IMG/VR virus record: IMGVR_UViG_3300030376_004413
Span: 1 to 40,926 of that record
DNA length: 40,926 nt
Direction: 5' to 3' (one strand)
From: a virus
Taxonomy: Duplodnaviria > Caudoviricetes
This document shows positions 17,137 through 25,836 of this stretch, in pieces. The translations under genes were made by a program, and so were the position numbers. Each line of letters starts with the position of its first letter. Within the stretch, counting starts at the first letter, position 1. The notes under the pieces were generated by a model. That model was given only the letters and a program-made list of their open reading frames with translations, was not told the origin of the DNA and searched no databases.

Positions 17137-18209
17137 AACATATTGAAATGAACCAGGGCTATACTTTAATGATAAGCCCTACACTAATGAATGAGATAGC
17201 TTATCTGCATTCTAAAAACGATAATAAAGAATGGTGTGGTATACTATTTTATGAAGAGGTATCAGGATCATTATTTAAAAACGATCTTATACTAAGAGCT
17301 AAGCATATATATCTTATGGATATAGGTAGTTCTGCTTATACTGAAGGTTCTGTAGACTTAGGTTTATTAGATTTCTTTGATGAGGTACCAGAAGCTGAAG
17401 ACATGAGGCGTGGATTTATTCACACTCATCATGGCATGAAAGCATATTTCTCAGGTACTGATATGTCAGAGCTGTATGACAATACCAAGCACTATGATTA
17501 TTACTTGTCTTTAATAGTAAATCATGCTACAGTATTCTGCAGTAAGATAGGTATGGAGGCTGAGATAGGAGTAACAGGAACTATACTAAAAGTAGACAAT
17601 CCTCCTATTCTTACATTCGATGGTGCAGTAGAGTTTGATATTCCTACAACACTTGCAGGAAGACAGGTAGAACTTTCTACTCCAAATGTTATAATACCTC
17701 ATAGAAGTAGTACTGAAATATATAGAGATACTCCATTTGAAGAGCATATATCACCTAACCAGCTAACAATATTTGAGGATTCTGCTTACACTAAGCAACA
17801 TGAGTTAGATGTGCCGAACAATATTAATCCAGTTTATCCGACTGATAATACTGGTAAGAATGCAATAAAAGCAGTAAAAGCTTTTATAGGTATGGAGGAT
17901 TCTAGTGATGAGCTATGTCCTGATAGTATTGTTGATTGTTTAAAGCCCTTAGTAGTGCTTAGCTCTGCAGAAAGAGATGTATTATTTGATACTGGAATAG
18001 AAGAAGACTTGTTTAATTCTATGGCCAAGGCTTATAATATATCTGGACAAAACACTGCTGAAGAAATTCAAAGTATTCAAATGGCAGCAGATGAAATGTT
18101 TACTCTAATGTCAGAGACATTTCCTGAACCTGATTTACTTCACGAATATCCTTTTATACAAGAGGTGGTGGAGAAAATGTTTGAAGAGGTAGCATCAAGA
18201 ACTTTTTAA
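17133..18209 (+). CDS. JAB/MPN+ (JAMM) metalloprotease
   Basis: Exact JAMM motif: E33(WCG)...H97-T-H99-x7-S107-x2-D110; long acidic C-terminal extension. Confidence 0.9.
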   Translation: MKHIEMNQGYTLMISPTLMNEIAYLHSKNDNKEWCGILFYEEVSGSLFKNDLILRAKHIYLMDIGSSAYTEGSVDLGLLDFFDEVPEAEDMRRGFIHTHHGMKAYFSGTDMSELYDNTKHYDYYLSLIVNHATVFCSKIGMEAEIGVTGTILKVDNPPILTFDGAVEFDIPTTLAGRQVELSTPNVIIPHRSSTEIYRDTPFEEHISPNQLTIFEDSAYTKQHELDVPNNINPVYPTDNTGKNAIKAVKAFIGMEDSSDELCPDSIVDCLKPLVVLSSAERDVLFDTGIEEDLFNSMAKAYNISGQNTAEEIQSIQMAADEMFTLMSETFPEPDLLHEYPFIQEVVEKMFEEVASRTF

Positions 18210-18226
18210 GGGGTAATAAATATAAA

Positions 18227-18478
18227 ATGAATAAAGAAAAAATAATAAGACCTGAGCTATTTGAGATAAAACATGAGTATGGTTATACCTATATAGTAGC
18301 TTATGATATGATACATGCATTGCAGTCAATGCCAAGTCATAAATCTGATGAAAGATTAGAAGTTGTTCAGTTAACAGGAGGTAGTAAAAATCTTATTAGC
18401 AGTATACACATAGCTAAAGAGTGTTTACCTCAAGGACTTGTAAATAAAACTGTAGATGATAACGAAAGTAAAACGTAA
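18227..18478 (+). CDS. hypothetical protein
   Basis: 83-aa ORF with A-rich upstream sequence. Confidence 0.65.
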   Translation: MNKEKIIRPELFEIKHEYGYTYIVAYDMIHALQSMPSHKSDERLEVVQLTGGSKNLISSIHIAKECLPQGLVNKTVDDNESKT

Positions 18479-19310
18479 AAGTATGGTCATTAGACCATCA
18501 GGACGTTCTACTGATTATATCTCTCCTTCTTTCGGTCACGGATGCCTCTATGATTGTAGTTACTGTTATATGAAACGTAGTAAACCTACGGGTCTTACAG
18601 TGGCTACAAACACAGAGGAGATACTAACAGCTATGAACAGCCATGCATATTTTGCAGACGTTCAAAAGCCTAATCAAACCCATCCAGATTATGTTACTTA
18701 TGATATCTCGTGTAACGAGGACTTTGCATTGCATGCTAAACATCATGAGTGGAAGAAGATATTTCAGTTTTTCAAGGACCATCCTATAGCTATGGGTTCA
18801 TTTGCTACTAAGTATGTGAATCCAACTCTTTTAGACTTTGATCCAGGCGGTAAAGTACGTATCAGATTTAGTCTGATGCCACAACACTTGTCTGATATAC
18901 ATGAACCGCACACCAGTAAAATAATAGATAGAATAAAAGCCATTGATGCTTTTATAGAGAGTGGTTACGATGTTCATGTAAACTTCAGTCCTGTAATACT
19001 TTATAGAAACTGGAAAGAAGACTACAGAGAATTATTTCAGATGCTTGATGACTATGTAGATTACAAGGATCAAGTATTAGCGGAGGTTATATTCCTTACA
19101 CACAGTGAGATTCGTCATAAGCATAACTTAACTAAAAACTCTAACGTAGAAAGGCATTTATGGGTGCCAGGTATACAAGAGTCAAAGATATCTCAGTATG
19201 GAGGTAAGAACCTACGCTATAAGTTAGGACTTAAGTCAGATCTTATAACGCAGTTTAAGGACATGCACGGATCCATAATACCGTGGAATACTATTAGATA
19301 TATATTTTAA
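18456..19310 (+). CDS. splB: spore photoproduct lyase-like radical SAM enzyme
   Basis: C30xxxC34xxC37 (GCLYDCSYCY); SCNED (C86) matching the SPL H-donor Cys region; FATK, RIRFSL, NFSPVI, K.RY motifs. Confidence 0.85.
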   Translation: MITKVKRKSMVIRPSGRSTDYISPSFGHGCLYDCSYCYMKRSKPTGLTVATNTEEILTAMNSHAYFADVQKPNQTHPDYVTYDISCNEDFALHAKHHEWKKIFQFFKDHPIAMGSFATKYVNPTLLDFDPGGKVRIRFSLMPQHLSDIHEPHTSKIIDRIKAIDAFIESGYDVHVNFSPVILYRNWKEDYRELFQMLDDYVDYKDQVLAEVIFLTHSEIRHKHNLTKNSNVERHLWVPGIQESKISQYGGKNLRYKLGLKSDLITQFKDMHGSIIPWNTIRYIF

Positions 19311-19320
19311 ATATAAAAAA

Positions 19321-19998
19321 ATGAATGATACAAGATATGGTAGATTTAAAGATAGTCCATGGTTCAATCAATCTCTCCCTCCTATTATTGTAGGAGGTGC
19401 AGGTGGTATTGGATCCTGGTTTATGATCCTTTTGATGAGAACAGGTGATCATAAGGTAATGTTAATGGATCCTGATGTTGTAGAATACAGCAATCTTGCT
19501 GGTCAATTCTACACAGAATCAGATGTAGATAAGACTAAGGTAGAAGCAGTAAGTAATCATGTTGATACGATGTGCGGCAAAAAACCTAGTCTGTTTTATA
19601 CTACAGATAGGTATCTTCCAGATTCTCCAGTATCTCCTATTATGGTCTCATGTTTTGATAACATGCAAGCCAGGGAAGATATGTTTAGAAACTGGGAAAA
19701 ACAGGATAATCCTAAACTCTTTATAGATGGTAGGATGAATGCTGAGGCATTTCAGTTATTTGCTGTAACACCAAAGAATACTCTTAGGTACGATGATCAT
19801 TTGTATGATGATGCAAAAGTTCCTGATCTTCCTTGCAGTTTTAAAGCAACCTCACATACTGCAGCTATGCTTGCAGGTAAAATGGTAGCTGTCCTTAATA
19901 ACTGGGCATGTTTAGAATATGGTACAGATCCTACAAGAGAAGTACCTTTCTTTATTAAGTATGATCTCTCACTAATGATGGAAACAGTAGAATTATGA
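19321..19998 (+). CDS. ThiF/MoeB/E1-family adenylyltransferase
   Basis: GAGGIG, D50-x-D52, SNLAGQ, K73, CFDN, DGR; candidate catalytic C172 (PCSFKAT); no CxxC zinc pairs. Confidence 0.92.
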   Translation: MNDTRYGRFKDSPWFNQSLPPIIVGGAGGIGSWFMILLMRTGDHKVMLMDPDVVEYSNLAGQFYTESDVDKTKVEAVSNHVDTMCGKKPSLFYTTDRYLPDSPVSPIMVSCFDNMQAREDMFRNWEKQDNPKLFIDGRMNAEAFQLFAVTPKNTLRYDDHLYDDAKVPDLPCSFKATSHTAAMLAGKMVAVLNNWACLEYGTDPTREVPFFIKYDLSLMMETVEL

Positions 19999-20744
19999 AA
20001 AGACTATATACAGATAAAAAACTTAGAAAAGATTATATTTCTCCTACGTTAGCATTAGGCAGAAACTATAATGAAAATATGTCATCAGAACGCTCTAGAG
20101 AAAACTGCCCTTTAAGTATAATTCTTAAGTATAATCAAGATTCAGATTATTTGCCGTTTAGAGTTATTTTAGACAAAGAGACAGACTTTATAAGTTTAAG
20201 TAGTTATGTTAGATATGTAAGAAGGCCTGAACTTAGAAGCACTCTTTTTAATTCAGAAAATTATTATTCGCAAAGAGTAGTACCATCTCGCCAAGTACGG
20301 ACTGGTAATTATGGAGAAGGTATTAATTTCTTTGCTATAGATAATGTTGTTTACGCTGTAACTAACTATGATACAGTTGTTCCCTTATTAGGTTTATTAG
20401 TAAAAAATAATACCCGTAATAGAGTTTCTATAAGAAAGGATAAGGCTATTAATGAAGCCATAGGTAGTTTGACTTATGATATACCTTCAGACAGTCTTCT
20501 TTTTGTGAATAAAGACGTTCTTGTAAAAGGGCATGTTTTTAATAATATAGGTGTAGAAGCAAAGAAGCTTATTAAGAGCTATGATTTTCTTAAAACTGTA
20601 TCTGACATTAGTATATTTGATAATATGTTTAACCATAAGGTTACAGCTCCTAAAAGCTTTATAGAATTTGAGGAGTTTAATAGTACACTAAATACACATT
20701 TAAACCAATTAATAAATAAACATTATGACAGAGCAAGAGTATAG
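19995..20744 (+). CDS. hypothetical protein coupled to E1
   Basis: 249 aa; ATGA overlap with E1. Confidence 0.75.
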   Translation: MKRLYTDKKLRKDYISPTLALGRNYNENMSSERSRENCPLSIILKYNQDSDYLPFRVILDKETDFISLSSYVRYVRRPELRSTLFNSENYYSQRVVPSRQVRTGNYGEGINFFAIDNVVYAVTNYDTVVPLLGLLVKNNTRNRVSIRKDKAINEAIGSLTYDIPSDSLLFVNKDVLVKGHVFNNIGVEAKKLIKSYDFLKTVSDISIFDNMFNHKVTAPKSFIEFEEFNSTLNTHLNQLINKHYDRARV

Positions 20745-21744
20745 AGATGCGCGAGGAGTATCAAGATCATTTCTTAGTGATTTTGATGATGACCCTAGAA
20801 ATGTTATAGATAGTAGAGAACGAGTAGAGTCAGATGCATTCCGTATTGGGAGTGCATTTGACGCTATGATGTTTCAATCATCAGAAGAATGGACTAATAG
20901 ATACTTTGTATCTGATCATGAATGTCCTACAGGTATGATGGGAAATATGGTAAAAGCTTATATTAAAGAAGTAAGCACTGACATATTAGAAAACTTTACA
21001 GATGAGCAAAAAATAGAAAGAGCGTTTGCTGAGTCTGGTTATAAAGATTCTTATAAGAAAACTGCTTTAAAACAGTTTGAGGCTTTTAGAGATTATGCAG
21101 CAGAGCAGGTAGAAAATGAAGGCAAGACTTCTTTGTCTTTATCAGAATACGACATGCTTGTTAGAATGCAATACAACTGCTTAAATAATAAAGTAGCCAG
21201 TAAGTTCTTTAAAAGTAAATCAGATAAACAAGATCTTTTATTTCAGTTACCTGTGTTCTGGGAACAGTCAGGTACTTTATGTAAAGCTCTTTTGGATTCT
21301 GTACTTATAGATCATGAGGAGAAGAAGATTTATCCTGTAGATCTTAAGACTACATCTAGCAGTGTTTATTACTTTTCTTCTTCTTTTATCAAATACAAGT
21401 ATTATCTACAAGCATCCATGTATAGTGCTGCAATCGAAGATATGTTTTCTAATCTTACAGCAGAAGGATACACTATAGAGAACTTTAAGTTTATTGTAGT
21501 CAGTACTACAGGCAGAAACAATGTTCTTACGTATACTGTATCAGACGATGATATGAATGCAGGACATTATGGATATACTGACCTTTATGGTAATTTTAAA
21601 AGAGGTTGGATAACCTTACTTGAAGATCTTAATTGGCATTATGAGTCAGATCTTTGGAACTATTCTAGAGAAGTATATTCAAATAATATGGACATGCCTT
21701 TAAACTGTACAGCACCATGGAAACAGCAACTTCTATCACAATAA
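20725..21744 (+). CDS. PD-(D/E)XK exonuclease (RecE/ExoVIII-like)
   Basis: S.S.L, IGSAFD, CKALLD...DLKTT, YYLQASMY. Confidence 0.85.
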   Translation: MTEQEYRDARGVSRSFLSDFDDDPRNVIDSRERVESDAFRIGSAFDAMMFQSSEEWTNRYFVSDHECPTGMMGNMVKAYIKEVSTDILENFTDEQKIERAFAESGYKDSYKKTALKQFEAFRDYAAEQVENEGKTSLSLSEYDMLVRMQYNCLNNKVASKFFKSKSDKQDLLFQLPVFWEQSGTLCKALLDSVLIDHEEKKIYPVDLKTTSSSVYYFSSSFIKYKYYLQASMYSAAIEDMFSNLTAEGYTIENFKFIVVSTTGRNNVLTYTVSDDDMNAGHYGYTDLYGNFKRGWITLLEDLNWHYESDLWNYSREVYSNNMDMPLNCTAPWKQQLLSQ

Positions 21745-22460
21745 AAGATCCTACTTGTGTAAGTATAAGAGTAGATGAGACCGCAGAAGAAATTCTTAAA
21801 GACGGGGAAGTAATTCAAGTAAATCATGCAGGAATGGAGTTTGCTCCTGGTCAGGTAATACCTGTCCGGGACGGACTATTCCGTATAGAAAGTATACAAA
21901 AGAAAGGATACCATCTATACAATCTATTTTCAATGCAGACAAGTGATTCTGCAATATTCCTCACGCCTATGATATTTGATACAAGGGCTAAGCTTAAATG
22001 GAATACTTACTTTATGAATTTATTTATCTGGATGGAAGGAATGAATGACACTAACCTTTATCTATTAATTAGAAAAGGTTATAGCGACTCATTCCAAGTA
22101 CTTGATAAATTTATTCAAGATCATTCAGATTTTGTAGATAGGTTAGAAGTAGATGATTTTTCTTACATCTATATATTTACTGTGCCTGTTAATTATGAGG
22201 AGGATTTCCTTAAATTTATTAAGGGCAAGTACTCTGAACTTTCTGAAGAGTTGAAGGTCAGGATATTAGACTTTCATGCTATGAAGAAGACTCATGAGAT
22301 ATACGGTATATTGCATAAGACTAAGAAAAGAAGAATCAAAGTAGAAAAACGAATAGGGCAGGAACTTCCTGAGTCTGCCGAGTTATATCATATAATAGAT
22401 GAAGATAGGGAAACATATAAAGACAGATACAGGGTCTTCAGATCTGACGCAATGGAGTGA
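21717..22460 (+). CDS. hypothetical protein
   Basis: 247-aa ORF coupled to neighbours. Confidence 0.75.
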   Translation: METATSITIKDPTCVSIRVDETAEEILKDGEVIQVNHAGMEFAPGQVIPVRDGLFRIESIQKKGYHLYNLFSMQTSDSAIFLTPMIFDTRAKLKWNTYFMNLFIWMEGMNDTNLYLLIRKGYSDSFQVLDKFIQDHSDFVDRLEVDDFSYIYIFTVPVNYEEDFLKFIKGKYSELSEELKVRILDFHAMKKTHEIYGILHKTKKRRIKVEKRIGQELPESAELYHIIDEDRETYKDRYRVFRSDAME

Positions 22461-23109
22461 GATCATGGATCCTATCATGAAAGACATGGTAGATATAGGT
22501 ATTAGGGTAGCTAAGCTTAGAGCGGCTACCTTAGTAATACCTTCAAAGAAAGATACTTTTCGAGCACTTGAATTAACCCCTCCAGATCAACTTAAAGTAA
22601 TACTTGTAGGCCAAGATCCGTACCCTAAGTACGGTCAGCCTACTGGTGTTGCATTTGGAGTAGATTTAGAAAAGTCTAAGACAGTACCATTTTCTTTGAA
22701 GATCATATTAGAAGAGGTTGAGAACACTACTGATGTGTTGCAGCTTACTCCTGATCATAGTCTAGAGTCTTGGTGCAAGCAAGGTGTTCTTATGTTGAAC
22801 ACTGCTCTTACTTTAGAAGCAGGTAAAATAGGATCTCATACTGAGATGTGGAAACCTTTTATGGAAAGATTCCTAGAAGATGTTACTACAAAGTATCCTG
22901 ACGTACCTGTTATATTCTTAGGTGCAAAGGCGGCAGCATTTGAAAAACATCTTAAGGGTAATCCAGTGATAAAAGCATCACATCCTGCAGCAGAAGCTTA
23001 CGGCAGAAGAGGAGGATTTCTTAAAAGTGGTGTGTTTAATAAGTGTAATGAAGTTTTAGAAGAGCAGGGCAAAACTCCTATTCAATGGAGTTTACAAGAA
23101 CTGCTATGA
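22399..23109 (+). CDS. ung: uracil-DNA glycosylase (family 1)
   Basis: GQDPYP, GVAF, W..QGVLMLN, SH, HPAA (in place of HPSP). Confidence 0.93.
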   Translation: MKIGKHIKTDTGSSDLTQWSEIMDPIMKDMVDIGIRVAKLRAATLVIPSKKDTFRALELTPPDQLKVILVGQDPYPKYGQPTGVAFGVDLEKSKTVPFSLKIILEEVENTTDVLQLTPDHSLESWCKQGVLMLNTALTLEAGKIGSHTEMWKPFMERFLEDVTTKYPDVPVIFLGAKAAAFEKHLKGNPVIKASHPAAEAYGRRGGFLKSGVFNKCNEVLEEQGKTPIQWSLQELL

Positions 23110-23169
23110 CATTAATAACTTTAGTTGCATTTTTAGAGAAGTACTAAAAAAGGGTACCAAACAAACCTT

Positions 23170-23177
23170 TATATTTG
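23170..23177 (+). promoter_or_regulatory. possible Bacteroidota sigma-A -7 element (TAnnTTTG)
   Basis: TATATTTG in the intergenic gap about 40 nt upstream of ATG 23215; no clear -33 TTTG element. Confidence 0.35.
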
Positions 23178-23214
23178 TCTTCTCAGTACATTTTTAATTA
23201 TTAAATAAAATAAC

Positions 23215-23748
23215 ATGAATAAAGGCGGACCTAAATATGTAGTAAAACGCCCAACTCTTATAAATAGAGTAGCAAATTGGAGTAGAATTGGAGGACTTCC
23301 TAAAACAAATGAGCCGGGAGTTCCTGATTCCAGTACACAAGGGTCTCATTATGAGCAGATTGTAGAAGAGTTAGAAGAGCTTCGCACTGCTATTAGTAGA
23401 GATACTCAGGATATAGTAGAAATTGCAGACGCACTCGGAGATCTTGTCTGGGTTGCTTTGCGAATGACCATGATACATGGCCTTGACATTAACTACGTTA
23501 TGACTAAAATATATGACAGCAACATGTCAAAGTTTTGCAACAGCAAGGAAGAGGCAGAAGAAACTGTTACTGCATATATGAATGGAGAACATCCTAACAA
23601 GAAGGATGTTAAGATCAAATGCTATTTCCAGGAAATGGACAATGGCCGTTATTACGTAATCAAGCGTGAGTCAGATCATAAAGTAATGAAGTCTATCAAT
23701 TATATTGAGCCTGACTTCGCTGAGCTCTTAGGAGAAGAAGTAAAGTAA
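23215..23748 (+). CDS. MazG-like/all-alpha NTP pyrophosphohydrolase
   Basis: EELEEL...EIADALGDL, SNMSK, KVMKS..Y..PD. Confidence 0.85.
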   Translation: MNKGGPKYVVKRPTLINRVANWSRIGGLPKTNEPGVPDSSTQGSHYEQIVEELEELRTAISRDTQDIVEIADALGDLVWVALRMTMIHGLDINYVMTKIYDSNMSKFCNSKEEAEETVTAYMNGEHPNKKDVKIKCYFQEMDNGRYYVIKRESDHKVMKSINYIEPDFAELLGEEVK

Positions 23749-23768
23749 ATTTTAAATAACATCGACAT

Positions 23769-23796
23769 GAAAGGGCAGGAGAAATTCTGCCTTTTC
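23769..23796 (+). terminator. GAAA-capped hairpin (terminator or regulatory) upstream of nrdJ
   Basis: GAAAGGGCAGGA-GAAA-TTCTGCCTTTTC, 12 bp. Confidence 0.55.
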
Positions 23797-23814
23797 TGTC
23801 TACAATCGACTTAA

Positions 23815-25674
23815 ATGGATAAAAGCAATCAAATCCTTAGTGACCTTGTTGTCTTCAATAAGTACGCTAAGCACGTAGCAGGAGAAGAAAGAAGGGAGAC
23901 CTGGAAAGAAATAGTTGACAGGTACGTCAATATGATGAAGAAAAGGTACCCTAAGTTAAAAGATAAGATAGATGATAATTCAAAGTTTCTATACGATAAA
24001 AAAGTTCTGATGTCTATGAGAGCTGCACAGTTTTCTGGAGCAGCTATTGAGAAGTCAGAGTCGAGAGTATATAATTGTGCGTATCTACCTATTGATGATT
24101 ATCGTGCATTCAGTGAGACTATGTTCTTATTGCTTGGAGGTACAGGTGTTGGATACTCTGTACAAAGAGACCATGTGAATCAACTTCCTGAGATTCATAA
24201 GCCTAAGAAAAACCAGAAGTATCTTGTAAGCGATTCTATTGAAGGATGGGCAGACGCTGTACGTCATCTTATGTCAGCATACTTTGGATTCAGAAAGACC
24301 AAGCCTGTGTTTGACTTTAGTGACATCAGACCTAAAGGTGCAAGATTAGTAACTGCAGGTGGTAAAGCTCCGGGACATGAACCTCTTAAGAAATGTTTGT
24401 TCAATCTTGAACTTATGTTAGACCGCAAAGAAGAGGGTGAAAAACTTACACCTATAGAAGTACATGATATGATCTGTCATATTGCAGATGCTGTACTTGC
24501 TGGTGGTATCCGTAGAGCTGCATTGATTTCTTTATTCTCTGCAGATGATGATGAGATGATAGCATGTAAGAGTGGTGCATGGTGGGAAAACAATCCTCAG
24601 CGTGGGCGAGCTAACAACAGTGCTGTTCTTTTACGTCACAGAATAACTAAAGAGTTCTTTGTAAATCTTTGGAAGAAGATTGAAGAGAGTGGGAGTGGAG
24701 AACCTGGAACATATCTTAGTAACGATAAAGATTGGGGAACTAACCCTTGTTGTGAGATTGCACTAAGACCATTTCAGTTCTGTAATCTTACAGAAGTAAA
24801 TGCAGGAGATGTTATAGACCAGCTTGATCTAAATGAACGTGCTTCAGTTGCATCTTTCTTTGGTACACTACAAGCAGGGTTTACTAACTTTCATTATCTG
24901 AGACCTATCTGGAGAGAGACTACTGAAAAGGATGCTCTTGTAGGTGTAGGTATGACAGGTATCTGTAACGGAGGTGTATATGAGCTTGATCTTGAAGAGG
25001 CTGCAGGTATGGCTATAGAAGCTAACTATGAGACTGCTAGAAGTATAGGTATCAGTCCTGCTGCTCGTATTACTACAGTAAAGCCGAGCGGTACTACATC
25101 TTGTGTAGTAGGTACATCATCAGGTATACATGCGTGGCATTCTAAGTATTATATCAGACGTATGCAATGCAGTAAGGATGAGGCGTTATATCAGTATCTT
25201 GCAATTAATCATCCTGAACTTGTACAAGATATGACACTTATCCCTAACTCTGCAGTGATTGAGATTCCTCAGAAAGCTCCAGATACTGCAACTCTTCGTG
25301 AGGACGAGACAGCATTAGAAATGCTTGAGCGTGTTCAGCGTTGGAATATGCAGTGGGTAAAGCAAGGTCATATTCATGGTCGTAATACTCATAACGTATC
25401 TGCTACTGTATCTGTAAAAGAAGATGAGTGGGAAGGTATTGTAGAATGGATGTGGGAAAACAGAAATACCTTTAATGGTCTATCAGTTCTTCCTTATGAT
25501 GGTGGTACTTATGTACAAGCTCCTTTTGAAGAGATAACTGAAGAAGAGTTTAACAAAAGGTATGCTGCTCTTTCTGAAGTCGATCTTACTAAAGTAGTAG
25601 AGATTACTGATAATACAGATCTTTCTAATGAACTTGCATGTAGTGGAGGTTCTTGTGAAGTTGTAAACTTATAA
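23815..25674 (+). CDS. nrdJ: class II (adenosylcobalamin-dependent) monomeric ribonucleotide reductase
   Basis: YNCAY, GGTGVG, GGIRRAA, TNPCCEI, CNLTEVN, VKPSGT, C-terminal CSGGSC; no beta subunit gene in the window. Confidence 0.93.
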   Translation: MDKSNQILSDLVVFNKYAKHVAGEERRETWKEIVDRYVNMMKKRYPKLKDKIDDNSKFLYDKKVLMSMRAAQFSGAAIEKSESRVYNCAYLPIDDYRAFSETMFLLLGGTGVGYSVQRDHVNQLPEIHKPKKNQKYLVSDSIEGWADAVRHLMSAYFGFRKTKPVFDFSDIRPKGARLVTAGGKAPGHEPLKKCLFNLELMLDRKEEGEKLTPIEVHDMICHIADAVLAGGIRRAALISLFSADDDEMIACKSGAWWENNPQRGRANNSAVLLRHRITKEFFVNLWKKIEESGSGEPGTYLSNDKDWGTNPCCEIALRPFQFCNLTEVNAGDVIDQLDLNERASVASFFGTLQAGFTNFHYLRPIWRETTEKDALVGVGMTGICNGGVYELDLEEAAGMAIEANYETARSIGISPAARITTVKPSGTTSCVVGTSSGIHAWHSKYYIRRMQCSKDEALYQYLAINHPELVQDMTLIPNSAVIEIPQKAPDTATLREDETALEMLERVQRWNMQWVKQGHIHGRNTHNVSATVSVKEDEWEGIVEWMWENRNTFNGLSVLPYDGGTYVQAPFEEITEEEFNKRYAALSEVDLTKVVEITDNTDLSNELACSGGSCEVVNL

Positions 25675-25677
25675 CAC

Positions 25678-25836
25678 ATGTTTGGAGATAAAGATTGGAT
25701 ACTTACTATAGGTATAAAACCTATGATACTTTTTGGATATAGATCTTATGATGAGGATCCATGTGTTACTTATTATGCATTCTATTTTGCTTTTATAGAT
25801 ATTTGTCTAACAGTATATGAAGATGAATACCCTTAA
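25678..25836 (+). CDS. 52-aa hypothetical protein (not in ORF track)
   Basis: Translated by hand: MFGDKDWILTIGIKPMILFGYRSY...; fills the gap exactly. Confidence 0.6.
   Translation: MFGDKDWILTIGIKPMILFGYRSYDEDPCVTYYAFYFAFIDICLTVYEDEYP

Noticed and set aside
19321-19998. E1 as a thiamine/molybdopterin biosynthesis or microcin-type enzyme
   Set aside because: No ThiG, MoaE, sulfurtransferase or precursor/exporter genes in the window; the E2-like and JAMM neighbours fit conjugation better, though this is not formally excluded
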